Below are positions 1-8,817 of a stretch of 64,000 nt of DNA, in pieces. The position numbers and the translations under genes are program-made. Source of the stretch: Escherichia phage vB_EcoM_OE5505; the sequence record NC_054926.1; one strand, written 5' to 3'. Each line of letters begins with the position of its first letter. Within the stretch, counting starts at the first letter, position 1. The notes beneath the pieces were generated by a model, which saw only the letters and a program-made list of their open reading frames with translations, searched no databases and was not told the origin of the DNA.

Positions 1-89
1 TATGTTTCCTTTAAATATTTTAATTAGTAATTTGTCTCTTCAAGCAACTGTGAATATACTATCACAATTCTAGGAGAAAGTAAACAACT

Positions 90-1058
<969 letters not shown>

Positions 1059-1077
<19 letters not shown>

Positions 1078-1547
1078 TCAGTGATAAAGTTATTTAAATT
1101 TTGAGTATATTTCTTTTCATCAAAAATCTTTTGTTGTCTGCGTAGCCGCCATGGCATTTCAATGAACGTGTACCATATCCCAGATAATATTGATGCTGTA
1201 AAAATATTAACAAGTATGGTTAAAAGAATCCAATCTCCTATTCTGTCCATTGGATTTTTTATAAAAAAGTAAAATACGAATGATGACACAGGAAGACTAA
1301 TGATATACCACAGAAGAGCCTTCTTATCTGTGAACCAATCAGCATTCGTTAACTTAGCGCGACCGTTTTGAATACATACGAACTTATCATCTGTTACAGT
1401 AAATGGCTTAGCTGCTTGATATCCCATTCTAAACTCCCTAATCAACAAATTTTTCATATCTTCGGAACAACCATTCCAGTCAACTCTATCAACTGAAATG
1501 CCATCATCCCCATCATCTAAATCATACCAGCGAGTTTTTAAAATCAT
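1059..1547 (-). CDS. Hypothetical membrane protein (T4 e.2 position)
   Basis: 162 aa ORF, hydrophobic C-terminal half, ends ...FITECRKLK; stop overlaps nudE start. Confidence 0.7.
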
Positions 1548-1906
1548 TTAATTTTCCTACAATCACTCACAAACTCTTCCATTGATTCTTTTTCAATATA
1601 AGACATATAGCTATTATATTCCTTTAATTGTATTTTGTAATCCTTTTTTCTTTGCCAATTTATTTTAAAATTATCATAATGAAAATATAACATGGTACCA
1701 AAGAATGAAAATAATGAAATCGCTATAGTAAAACGAAGTTCACTCCAAACCTCTGTTATAATTACTGTGCCGTCGATATTTAAAATAAAACAGTCAATTA
1801 ACAATCCAATAAGACTACCCGCAAGAGCTGTAAATACTGATACAGCAAGAATTAATAGTGCCTCAGGAAACGAATATTTGACTTTATTTAGTTTTGGCTT
1901 TTGCAT
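1544..1906 (-). CDS. Hypothetical membrane protein (T4 e.3 position)
   Basis: 120 aa ORF with 2-3 predicted TM segments, ends ...FVSDCRKIK; ATGA overlap with downstream gene. Confidence 0.7.
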   Translation of the reverse strand: MQKPKLNKVKYSFPEALLILAVSVFTALAGSLIGLLIDCFILNIDGTVIITEVWSELRFTIAISLFSFFGTMLYFHYDNFKINWQRKKDYKIQLKEYNSYMSYIEKESMEEFVSDCRKIK

Positions 1907-2301
1907 CGTGATTCCTTAACAAATTTCATAATTTCATCAAATTCATACATATCTAGCTTAAGCTGGTGTTCCTTTTTAATCTTTTTACACTGAGCTTTCC
2001 AATCACGTACACGTTTACGATAATGTCTTCCTTGATACCAGTATCCTACCCAATTTACGGGTACTAATAAAAGTGGAACTATTAATGGAAGAATTAGCAT
2101 TAACACAAGTATTTCGCCAGAATCAATATCAGTCATAACATCTAAAACACCTCCAATAATCAATAGAATTACAAATGATATGAGTATAACAGGACCTATT
2201 AACACATCAGTAGAAATTATCTGACGCTTTGGTTCATACTTCACAGGTTTACTTGGAAGGTATAGTGATGGTTTTGACATATTCTCTACATTCCTTAACA
2301 A
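1888..2301 (-). CDS. Hypothetical membrane protein (T4 e.4 position)
   Basis: 137 aa ORF, long hydrophobic core; true start may be internal Met at 2280. Confidence 0.65.
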   Translation of the reverse strand: MLRNVENMSKPSLYLPSKPVKYEPKRQIISTDVLIGPVILISFVILLIIGGVLDVMTDIDSGEILVLMLILPLIVPLLLVPVNWVGYWYQGRHYRKRVRDWKAQCKKIKKEHQLKLDMYEFDEIMKFVKESRCKSQN

Positions 2302-2857
2302 ATTTTTCTAGTAATAAATCACTTTCAAAATTGGGATTTTCTACAAATTTATCAAAAAGATCATCAACAATATTCAAGATATTTCTTTTACTAAGAATAC
2401 GTTTATTTTCATGCTTCGTTTCAGAATCAACTATAAGAGTAAAGAAATATTTCTTTCCCTGAAATTTTACTGTAGTATCAATATAGAATAAATTTGACTT
2501 TTGTAAATTACGTTTAAACCATGCGTCACTTAAACTATAAACACCGAGATAATCAAAATCGTCGTTTAAATAACAAACCGTCCATTCAGGAGAAATGAAA
2601 TCAGTAAATTCAACATCAAAATCACACGTCAATGAATGAATTGATTCAATACTGTTAATGAGTATTCCAGGACGTATTAAAGACTTTTTACCTCTAGAAA
2701 ATCTTCCGGAAAGGCTTTCATCAGTTTCATATGAAGACCCCCAATAGTAATTACGTCCTTCTGCCATGCGTTTAAGAGCATTTAGTAATTGGTCTGGAAC
2801 ATCAACCTGTCTTTGAAACTCTTCAAACATTGAATTGAAATCACTTTGCATTTTCAT
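2249..2857 (-). CDS. Hypothetical protein (T4 e.5 position)
   Basis: 202 aa ORF, soluble, ends ...KFVKECREYVKT overlapping next gene start. Confidence 0.7.
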   Translation of the reverse strand: MKMQSDFNSMFEEFQRQVDVPDQLLNALKRMAEGRNYYWGSSYETDESLSGRFSRGKKSLIRPGILINSIESIHSLTCDFDVEFTDFISPEWTVCYLNDDFDYLGVYSLSDAWFKRNLQKSNLFYIDTTVKFQGKKYFFTLIVDSETKHENKRILSKRNILNIVDDLFDKFVENPNFESDLLLEKFVKECREYVKTITIPSK

Positions 2858-2899
2858 TCCTATTTACTCCAAGTAATAGGGGCCCGAAGCCCCTTATCA

Positions 2900-3493
2900 T
2901 TATTTCAGAGAATTAATATATTCCTGAACATCGGCAGAGGTAGTTTCAACCCCAGAAATATTACCATTAAAGGTTTCAACTCGAGCAAGAGTATCTTCAA
3001 TATCAACCTTAGTCAGTGCTGCAATTTCAACTACATCATCAGCAGTACTAATTCCAAGGGCATTCGCTGCACGAGTTTCACGGATATATTCCAATTTAAC
3101 CGCAAGTTCTTGACGAGCATCATCTAACTCAACTACTTTCTTGGCGATTTCAATTCGCATTTCAGCATAACCGTCAGCCTTAGTAGTCAACTGCTCAGCT
3201 GTTCGACGATATAGTAAACCGAGTTTAGCATGCATTGTTACATCTTGGCCTTCGGAAAGAAGTTTACGAATTTCACGCTCTTTTGATTCGGCCTGTCGAT
3301 TCTTTTCGATAACAAGTTCACGAATACGTTTTTCTTCGTTAATAGATTTAACAGAAGCAGTTTTTAGATCTTTAATTTTATCAAGTAGTTTTGCTGCTGC
3401 AGCAGTATACTGTTCTTCGACAGATAGATTTTTAGCCATAGCAGAACCAAGTTTAGTGCGAATAAACTCAACAATTTTCTTCAGTGTGTTCAT
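2900..3493 (-). CDS. Hypothetical coiled-coil protein (T4 e.6 position)
   Basis: 197 aa ORF, strongly alpha-helical/charged heptad-like composition. Confidence 0.7.
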   Translation of the reverse strand: MNTLKKIVEFIRTKLGSAMAKNLSVEEQYTAAAAKLLDKIKDLKTASVKSINEEKRIRELVIEKNRQAESKEREIRKLLSEGQDVTMHAKLGLLYRRTAEQLTTKADGYAEMRIEIAKKVVELDDARQELAVKLEYIRETRAANALGISTADDVVEIAALTKVDIEDTLARVETFNGNISGVETTSADVQEYINSLK

Positions 3494-3594
3494 AGTATTT
3501 CCTTAGGTTAATTGAGATTTAAAATCCGTAGGAGTATAATACTCTATCGTCAAATTATAGGCTCATAATATCTCAATCATGAGCCTGCGTAAAC

Positions 3595-3978
3595 TTATTT
3601 CATATTATTGAAATATTCTTCTGCGATTTCGTCGTTATCATGGTAAACTTTAGAAGACAGTTTAACATAACCTTCTGCTGTGAACATATTAATCACAACT
3701 TTTACAGTATACCACTGACCGTCTTCATTACCCATTACTGCGTAAGTTTCAAACATCGGATGATCAGGACCGATAACTTTAATATCATTCACTGTACGAC
3801 CGAAATCTTCTGAAACGCATTTCATAAAGAAGTTGAACAGTTCGCCGTAATTATCCATTTCATTCTCCAAGTTGTTTTCTGTATCAGTAGTTGATAGTTG
3901 TATAGTACCATGGAAGAACAGAGATGTAAACAGTTTTGTGAAAAAATTTTTAGGGAATTCTAGGGCAGGGATGGGCAA
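3595..3978 (-). CDS. Hypothetical protein (T4 e.7 position)
   Basis: 127 aa ORF on same strand as neighbours. Confidence 0.6.
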   Translation of the reverse strand: MPIPALEFPKNFFTKLFTSLFFHGTIQLSTTDTENNLENEMDNYGELFNFFMKCVSEDFGRTVNDIKVIGPDHPMFETYAVMGNEDGQWYTVKVVINMFTAEGYVKLSSKVYHDNDEIAEEYFNNMK

Positions 3979-4054
3979 TTAAAGGATAGGATAATATATT
4001 ATAAAGGGTATAAACTAAATGATGCCTAGAGAGGTCCAGAAAGGCCTAGATACC

Positions 4055-4079
4055 AAAAAGCCCTATCATTTAGATAGGG
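4055..4079 (-). terminator. Rho-independent terminator
   Basis: Minus-strand hairpin CCCTATC-TAAAT-GATAGGG followed by CTTTTT, just downstream of ORF ending at 4088. Confidence 0.6.
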
Positions 4080-4087
4080 ATTTAAAA

Positions 4088-4333
4088 TTATTTACCTAGT
4101 TTACTTATTATAGCTTCTGCAGCAGCTTTTAGCTTAGATGCAGTGTTAATACGATTTTTAATTTCAGTATACGCATCGCCAAGAACATCAAGGCTATCAG
4201 AATAAACACTTACACTATTGCGTTCGCTATTTGAAATAGAACCTTTAGTTTTGCGGTCAAAATCGGTGTACACGTCTTGAAGATCGCGGGCTGCCTTCTT
4301 TGCATCATCCAATGCATCAAGAGCTTTATTCAA
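4088..4333 (-). CDS. Internal-protein-like ORF, probable C-terminal part of a frameshifted IP gene
   Basis: 81 aa ORF with no ATG (only TTG start); contiguous with 4330-4650 in a different frame. Confidence 0.5.
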   Translation of the reverse strand: MNKALDALDDAKKAARDLQDVYTDFDRKTKGSISNSERNSVSVYSDSLDVLGDAYTEIKNRINTASKLKAAAEAIISKLGK

Positions 4334-4650
4334 AGCATTAACGTATTTTTAGTGTCGAACATATTCTTAGAAATTTTAACAGGTGCGCGTTCAGGAGTAG
4401 CTAACACAGATTTAGGAACCTGAGCGCCAGATGCCAATTTCTTAGAAATTTTGAAAAATGCTTTATTGAATTTATTTTCTTGACTCATTGTAAAAGAACT
4501 ATTATCGATGTTGTACATTTCAATAGCTTTAGCTTTCCACTTAAGAAAATCGCCGCGGTCTTTTGGGTCCAATTGGAAGAATACTTTAGTAAGATCTGCT
4601 TCAGATGGTAATTTTGCTGCTTCGGTTAAAAATTCGGCATAGGTTTTCAT
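4330..4650 (-). CDS. Capsid-targeted internal protein (IP-like), N-terminal part
   Basis: Starts MKTYAEFLTEA, matching the T4 internal-protein capsid targeting sequence (MKTYQEFIAE-type); Ala/Lys-rich. Confidence 0.7.
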   Translation of the reverse strand: MKTYAEFLTEAAKLPSEADLTKVFFQLDPKDRGDFLKWKAKAIEMYNIDNSSFTMSQENKFNKAFFKISKKLASGAQVPKSVLATPERAPVKISKNMFDTKNTLML

Positions 4651-4740
4651 TTAAAATCCTTGAAATAATTTATCGGTTGGTTATTAATTATTTATTACTT
4701 TGTTACTATCCGTAACAGCGTTATCCGAGTGATTCAAACT

Positions 4741-4768
4741 AAAAAGCCCCAACCTTTCGGTCGGGGCT
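4741..4768 (-). terminator. Rho-independent terminator (copy 1 of duplicated element)
   Basis: Minus-strand AGCCCCGACC-GAAA-GGTTGGGGCT followed by TTTTT; downstream of ORF ending 4776. Confidence 0.65.
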
Positions 4769-4775
4769 AAGAATG

Positions 4776-5210
4776 TCATTTGATTTGTTTAGCAGACCAA
4801 ATGCGGTCTTTAATAATTTTTTGGATGTCTTCAACATACTCAAGAGAGTGAACATGTGGATTATCTTTGAAACTATAAGCACGGGCTAACTTTTGGCCTT
4901 CGGTTTTGATTACTAAAAGCTCTTTAAGGATAGCTTCATATTTAGCGATAATTCCTTTAACGATATTTTTTTCTTGTGCCGCTTTAGGATCTGCTTTAGG
5001 AGCAGGTTTACCCGAAGCCTTTGCAAAAGCAGCGCCAGTAGCAACTAAACTTTTCCAGGCCATACTAACTGCATTTCCCGTAAATCCTTCCGCTTTCATG
5101 TCGCGTGCAAACTGGAATCGCGATTCATCAGAAGCATCTTTATAGGAATAATTTACCCGCGGCAATGGCAGCTTTTGCAACAGCTTGAATTTCGGTGCTA
5201 GATGCTTCAT
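4776..5210 (-). CDS. Internal-protein-like protein, C-terminal part (frame-shifted relative to its CTS leader)
   Basis: 144 aa ORF; Ala/Lys-rich; N-terminal 22 codons overlap CTS-leader ORF in another frame. Confidence 0.6.
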   Translation of the reverse strand: MKHLAPKFKLLQKLPLPRVNYSYKDASDESRFQFARDMKAEGFTGNAVSMAWKSLVATGAAFAKASGKPAPKADPKAAQEKNIVKGIIAKYEAILKELLVIKTEGQKLARAYSFKDNPHVHSLEYVEDIQKIIKDRIWSAKQIK

Positions 5211-5250
5211 TTAACACCGCTTCATTTAAAAATTGAGTATATGATTTCAT
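5140..5250 (-). CDS. IP capsid-targeting leader ORF (MKSYTQFLNEA...), 36 codons then stop
   Basis: ATG at 5248-5250 preceded by AGGAAATAAG RBS and late promoter; CTS-like N-terminus; stops at 5140. Confidence 0.45.
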   Translation of the reverse strand: MKSYTQFLNEAVLNEASSTEIQAVAKAAIAAGKLFL

Positions 5251-5288
5251 CTTATTTCCTGTTTTAATTTGTAGATTTAATATACTAA

Positions 5289-5296
5289 TATTTATA
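5289..5296 (-). promoter_or_regulatory. T4-type late promoter box TATAAATA
   Basis: TATAAATA on minus strand about 40 nt upstream of CTS-leader ATG at 5250. Confidence 0.55.
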
Positions 5297-5298
5297 CC

Positions 5299-5326
5299 AA
5301 AAAGCCCCAACCTTTCGGTCGGGGCT
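5299..5326 (-). terminator. Rho-independent terminator (copy 2, identical to 4741-4768)
   Basis: Identical hairpin plus T-run; lies between the stable-RNA region and the IP late promoter. Confidence 0.6.
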
Positions 5327-5329
5327 AAG

Positions 5330-5633
5330 CCTTGCGGCAACCTTGTCGGGGTTCCACCTGCTAAGGCAAGTGTTTGTACGAAACGCCGGGATTCGAACCC
5401 GGTTATTAAGTAGTTGACGCTACTCAATATTTTTAAAAGGCCATATCTCGACCATATCCGAACGTTCCGTCAAAAACGCTACTCGGCTTACGGCAAAGAT
5501 ATTTCCTCGAATCGATAATTCGGTGCGCCGTTTCTGCTGTGATAGTAAAGAGCCAGAACACAGTAAAACTGTGGGAGGAAACTATACTCCAGGGAACATC
5601 AGTCCGACGACTTACCGGTAGCGACCCGGTTTC
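5330..5633 (-). ncRNA. Candidate stable small RNA(s) at the distal end of the tRNA cluster
   Basis: No ORF; tRNA-like T-arm CCGGG-TTCGAAT-CCCGG at 5386-5402 but no complete cloverleaf; position matches where T4 has stable RNA species 1/2. Confidence 0.3.
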
Positions 5634-5984
5634 TTAATATTCTTTTAAAGAATCAATATATTCACGGCGTTTACGCCACAAATCAATTGCTTCATACGCG
5701 GATTCAGCATTTCGAATTAGCCGGCATTTATGTAAAGACTTATGATTTTGATATTGTGTAGATAACGGAATTGTATCTAAAAGGTCTTTACGATCAAAAT
5801 ATTCGTAACCATCTAAACCAAATGAACGATTTTTGAGAAATTGCCAATGACCATATTCGTTTTCGACATAAACATAATCTGCATGCTGATAAAGCAAATT
5901 AATTACACGTTCAGAAATAACAGTATCATTATGATTAAAATAGAATGTTAAATCATGAACTACTAAATAAACATTACCTTTCAT
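5634..5984 (-). CDS. Hypothetical protein within tRNA cluster
   Basis: 116 aa ORF between tRNA-Arg and the RNA region, same strand. Confidence 0.6.
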   Translation of the reverse strand: MKGNVYLVVHDLTFYFNHNDTVISERVINLLYQHADYVYVENEYGHWQFLKNRSFGLDGYEYFDRKDLLDTIPLSTQYQNHKSLHKCRLIRNAESAYEAIDLWRKRREYIDSLKEY

Positions 5985-6002
5985 ATTTTCCTCACTTATA
6001 AT

Positions 6003-6078
6003 TGGTCGAGGCAGTAGGGATCGAACCTACGACCTAGGACTTAGAAGGTCCTTGCTCTTCCTTCTGAGCTATGCCCCG
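6003..6078 (-). tRNA. tRNA-Arg (anticodon UCU)
   Basis: Hand-folded cloverleaf, 76 nt, anticodon loop CUUCUAA, T-loop TTCGATC, CCA encoded. Confidence 0.85.
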
Positions 6079-6082
6079 TAAT

Positions 6083-6158
6083 TGGGGTGACCGATGGGAG
6101 TCGAACCCATGACTACGAGAATCACAATCTCGAGTTCTACCAACTGAACTACGGCCAC
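6083..6158 (-). tRNA. tRNA-His (anticodon GUG)
   Basis: 76 nt cloverleaf, anticodon loop UUGUGAU, discriminator C73 typical of tRNA-His; closely resembles E. coli tRNA-His as recalled. Confidence 0.8.
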
Positions 6159-6272
6159 ATTAATACCTACTCCAACAATCAAGATGTCTTCACACGAAAT
6201 TAAGAGAAGAGTGATCAGTTCAACCCCTATAATCGCGTCAAGTAGATATTAATGTGACAGTTGTCACAAATT

Positions 6273-6347
6273 TGGCGGACGTGATAGGATTCGAACCTAT
6301 AACCAATCGCTTAACAGGCGATCGCTCTGCCATTGAGCTACACATCC
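6273..6347 (-). tRNA. tRNA-Asn (anticodon GUU)
   Basis: 75 nt cloverleaf, anticodon loop CUGUUAA, T-loop TTCGAAT, CCA encoded. Confidence 0.8.
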
Positions 6348-6351
6348 AAAT

Positions 6352-6438
6352 TGGTGGGGAGTGGTGGAGTCGAACCACCCGAGTCGCAATGACAATGGAT
6401 TTACAGTCCACACCGCTACCTCTACGGGATAACTCCCC
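6352..6438 (-). tRNA. tRNA-Tyr (anticodon GUA), type II
   Basis: 87 nt with long variable arm, anticodon loop CUGUAAA, perfect acceptor GGGGAGT/ACTCCCC. Confidence 0.8.
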
Positions 6439-6447
6439 AAATTAATT

Positions 6448-6522
6448 TGGTGGCCCTGGGTGGAATTGAACCACCATCTGGCGATTATGAGTCGCTTGCT
6501 TGAACCTTCCAGCTACAGGGCC
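6448..6522 (-). tRNA. tRNA with CAU anticodon (Ile-lysidine type or Met)
   Basis: 75 nt cloverleaf, anticodon loop CUCAUAA; T4 tRNA-Ile also carries CAU. Confidence 0.75.
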
Positions 6523-6531
6523 AAATTTTTC

Positions 6532-7017
6532 TTATTTTATGTAATATTTATTTAAAAACTTTCTAGCTTGAGTATGGCTAACATTTATAGCGTTTGCATA
6601 ATTTTTAATAAAACCTCGTTCATCCATATTAAAATTTTCTAATATTTTTAATCGTCTAATTATCTCATCTTGGCTTAAGGTACTTGCATTATTTTTAGAA
6701 ATTTTTTCTAAAGACTGCACTGAGTGTTTTCGACCATTAAAATTAAAATTTTTAGGTTTTGGAGGAAATCTATCATTTAGTCTCGCATCTTTTGTATTTT
6801 GATTATTAGTTGCGCAATATATGTTATTTAATGAGTATGGTCCTTTATCACCAAAACGACACATACAGTATTCATGACCCTTTCTTCCACGCTTATCATA
6901 ATTTCCTGTTGATTTCCACCAATTTAACCACTCATCAAAAGTTAAATTCCATTCAATGTTTCTACGTATAGCAGAATTCCGCTGAGAAATATATTTTGCA
7001 TAATCTTCTTTCATCAC
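6532..7017 (-). CDS. Homing-endonuclease-like protein (degenerate HNH-like N-terminus, C-terminal HTH)
   Basis: 161 aa; Cys/His motif GHEYCMCRF...LNNIYCATNNQN; C-terminal ...NVSHTQARKFLNKYY resembles the HTH tail of the adjacent HNH ORF. Confidence 0.6.
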   Translation of the reverse strand: MMKEDYAKYISQRNSAIRRNIEWNLTFDEWLNWWKSTGNYDKRGRKGHEYCMCRFGDKGPYSLNNIYCATNNQNTKDARLNDRFPPKPKNFNFNGRKHSVQSLEKISKNNASTLSQDEIIRRLKILENFNMDERGFIKNYANAINVSHTQARKFLNKYYIK

Positions 7018-7061
7018 AAATTTCTCTACTTATTACATGCACTAAGCTAAATCAGCAAAAC

Positions 7062-7151
7062 TGGCGGAGGCGATAGGATTTGAACCTATGAGTCGCCGGA
7101 GCGACTGCCGGTTTTCAAGACCGGTGCATTAAACCACTCTGCCACGCCTCC
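7062..7151 (-). tRNA. tRNA-Ser (anticodon UGA), type II
   Basis: 90 nt, long variable arm, anticodon loop CUUGAAA, acceptor GGAGGCG/CGCCTCC, CCA encoded. Confidence 0.85.
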
Positions 7152-7153
7152 AG

Positions 7154-7227
7154 TCTCCATACAAGGATTTGAACCTTGGACCTCCTGATCCCAAATCAGG
7201 CGCTCTACCAAACTGAGCTACACGGAG
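7154..7227 (-). tRNA. tRNA-Pro (anticodon UGG), CCA not encoded
   Basis: 74 nt, anticodon loop UUUGGGA, only 2 nt from tRNA-Ser (Pro-Ser dimer as in T4). Confidence 0.8.
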
Positions 7228-7237
7228 TAAATTAAAT

Positions 7238-7311
<74 letters not shown>

Positions 7312-7316
7312 AAATT

Positions 7317-7403
7317 TGGTGCGAGAAGTGGGACTCGAACCCACAAGGAAATCATTCCGCAGCATTTTAAGTGCTGTGCCTTTACCAATTTGACCATTCT
7401 CGC
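7317..7403 (-). tRNA. tRNA-Leu (anticodon UAA), type II
   Basis: 87 nt, long variable arm, anticodon loop CUUAAAA, acceptor GCGAGAA/TTCTCGC. Confidence 0.85.
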
Positions 7404-7409
7404 GCTATA

Positions 7410-8018
7410 TTATTTATTACGTGAAAAAGACTGTTCTATCAATTCTGGACACTTTCGTTCTATCCATTTTCTAGCTTTTTGTGGGCTTATACCTATTATT
7501 TTAGCAGCTTTACTAACCCATCCAAATTTAAAATAATCGATTTTAACTAATTCTTCGTAAATTTCATCAGTTAAAATCTTTTCATTAATATTTACCAGTA
7601 AATGATATAATTTATTATCATTAGCAATTTTAATGAATCTTTTATAGTTTCCGCCTTTACTTAAACCTAATGAAGTAATTGCAGATGATATAGTAGCCGA
7701 ATTTAATAGTGCGTTTAAAATTTCTTCATCACTAACATTATAACGCTTTCTATTATTTTTAATATTTTTACCAGCAAAAGTATCAGTTTGCGAATGGCAA
7801 TTTGGACATAATAATCTTAAATTTGATTTAAGATGATTTTTGTTATTTCCATCAATATGGTCTAATTGTAGAACAATATGCTTATTTTGCCATTTTGAAA
7901 TTTTACAAATTGCACACTCATATGGAAAAATATTTTCTTTTATTATTTTGTCTTTTAGCTTTCCTGTACTAAAATTTGGATGTTTTCCTTCAAAAATTTC
8001 AGCTAATTTAGTATCCAT
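7410..8018 (-). CDS. HNH homing endonuclease
   Basis: CAICKISKW...LDHIDGNNKNH...LLCPNCH HNH/zinc motif; C-terminal HTH; ATG at 8018 (ORF track extends to a TTG at 8042). Confidence 0.85.
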   Translation of the reverse strand: MDTKLAEIFEGKHPNFSTGKLKDKIIKENIFPYECAICKISKWQNKHIVLQLDHIDGNNKNHLKSNLRLLCPNCHSQTDTFAGKNIKNNRKRYNVSDEEILNALLNSATISSAITSLGLSKGGNYKRFIKIANDNKLYHLLVNINEKILTDEIYEELVKIDYFKFGWVSKAAKIIGISPQKARKWIERKCPELIEQSFSRNK

Positions 8019-8128
8019 AATATGATTCCCAATTATTAACAAAGGCTCTTAAGCAAGAACCCTTGATGATAGAGGGTATTAATCAGTGCGATATGAGTTA
8101 ATAATAACAAATAATTCTTAAAGCATAT

Positions 8129-8416
8129 TTACCATTTATAATAATACATATTTACGATGCATTCAAGACCCAAAGGATTCTTGAAAATATCATATTCAAG
8201 AGGACCTTTTTCTGTTTCAATAAAGAAATCAAAATTTACTGTATTAAATTTACGTTCTTCCTTCACTAATTTAACTTGAGAAGATGAACGGTCAATGTAA
8301 ACCTTTTCAACTTCAAAACATGTTAAAATGCCATAATCATCAATCAAAGCTTTAGCCGCGTCTTGATCATATTTATATCCATTTTCAATGGATGATACTT
8401 TCGCATAAAGAATCAT
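8129..8416 (-). CDS. Hypothetical protein
   Basis: 95 aa ORF, tightly packed with neighbours on minus strand. Confidence 0.6.
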   Translation of the reverse strand: MILYAKVSSIENGYKYDQDAAKALIDDYGILTCFEVEKVYIDRSSSQVKLVKEERKFNTVNFDFFIETEKGPLEYDIFKNPLGLECIVNMYYYKW

Positions 8417-8418
8417 TA

Positions 8419-8817
8419 TCAGCCTTCATCAACAATAGTGTGAGTATTAGCATTTACGATTTGCCACCAATCAAAGCGATTAGAATCCATCGGTTTGTTT
8501 TCATTTTCTTTGATAATGTCACGGAGTTCATCTTCAGAGAATGCTTTAGCAATTAAATCGGTATACCCACCACGGGGATAATAATTATCACCTGCAAACA
8601 AAAGGAAATTTACCTTCCCGGAAGCAACATATGCTTCCTTAGGATACTTGTTTCCTGCGTGGTCAACCACTTCAATATAACGGTAAGGAATATCGGTTCT
8701 TTCAACCCATTGCCATGCCGCCGCAGGGGAATCGAAAGCATCTACACCTAAACGATTATCTTCATCTTTAGACGGATTATTTTCGTAATCCGCATATACA
8801 TAATATTCAACGTTCAT
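8419..8817 (-). CDS. Hypothetical protein
   Basis: 132 aa ORF; stop overlaps next gene start. Confidence 0.65.
   Translation of the reverse strand: MNVEYYVYADYENNPSKDEDNRLGVDAFDSPAAAWQWVERTDIPYRYIEVVDHAGNKYPKEAYVASGKVNFLLFAGDNYYPRGGYTDLIAKAFSEDELRDIIKENENKPMDSNRFDWWQIVNANTHTIVDEG

Noticed and set aside
5140-5427. ORF-track entry of 95 aa on the minus strand
   Set aside because: The upstream two-thirds runs through a terminator hairpin and a late promoter; only the last 36 codons (from ATG at 5250) look genuine.
6254-6445. Plus-strand 63-aa ORF
   Set aside because: Lies entirely antisense to tRNA-Asn and tRNA-Tyr; no RBS; artefact of tRNA sequence.
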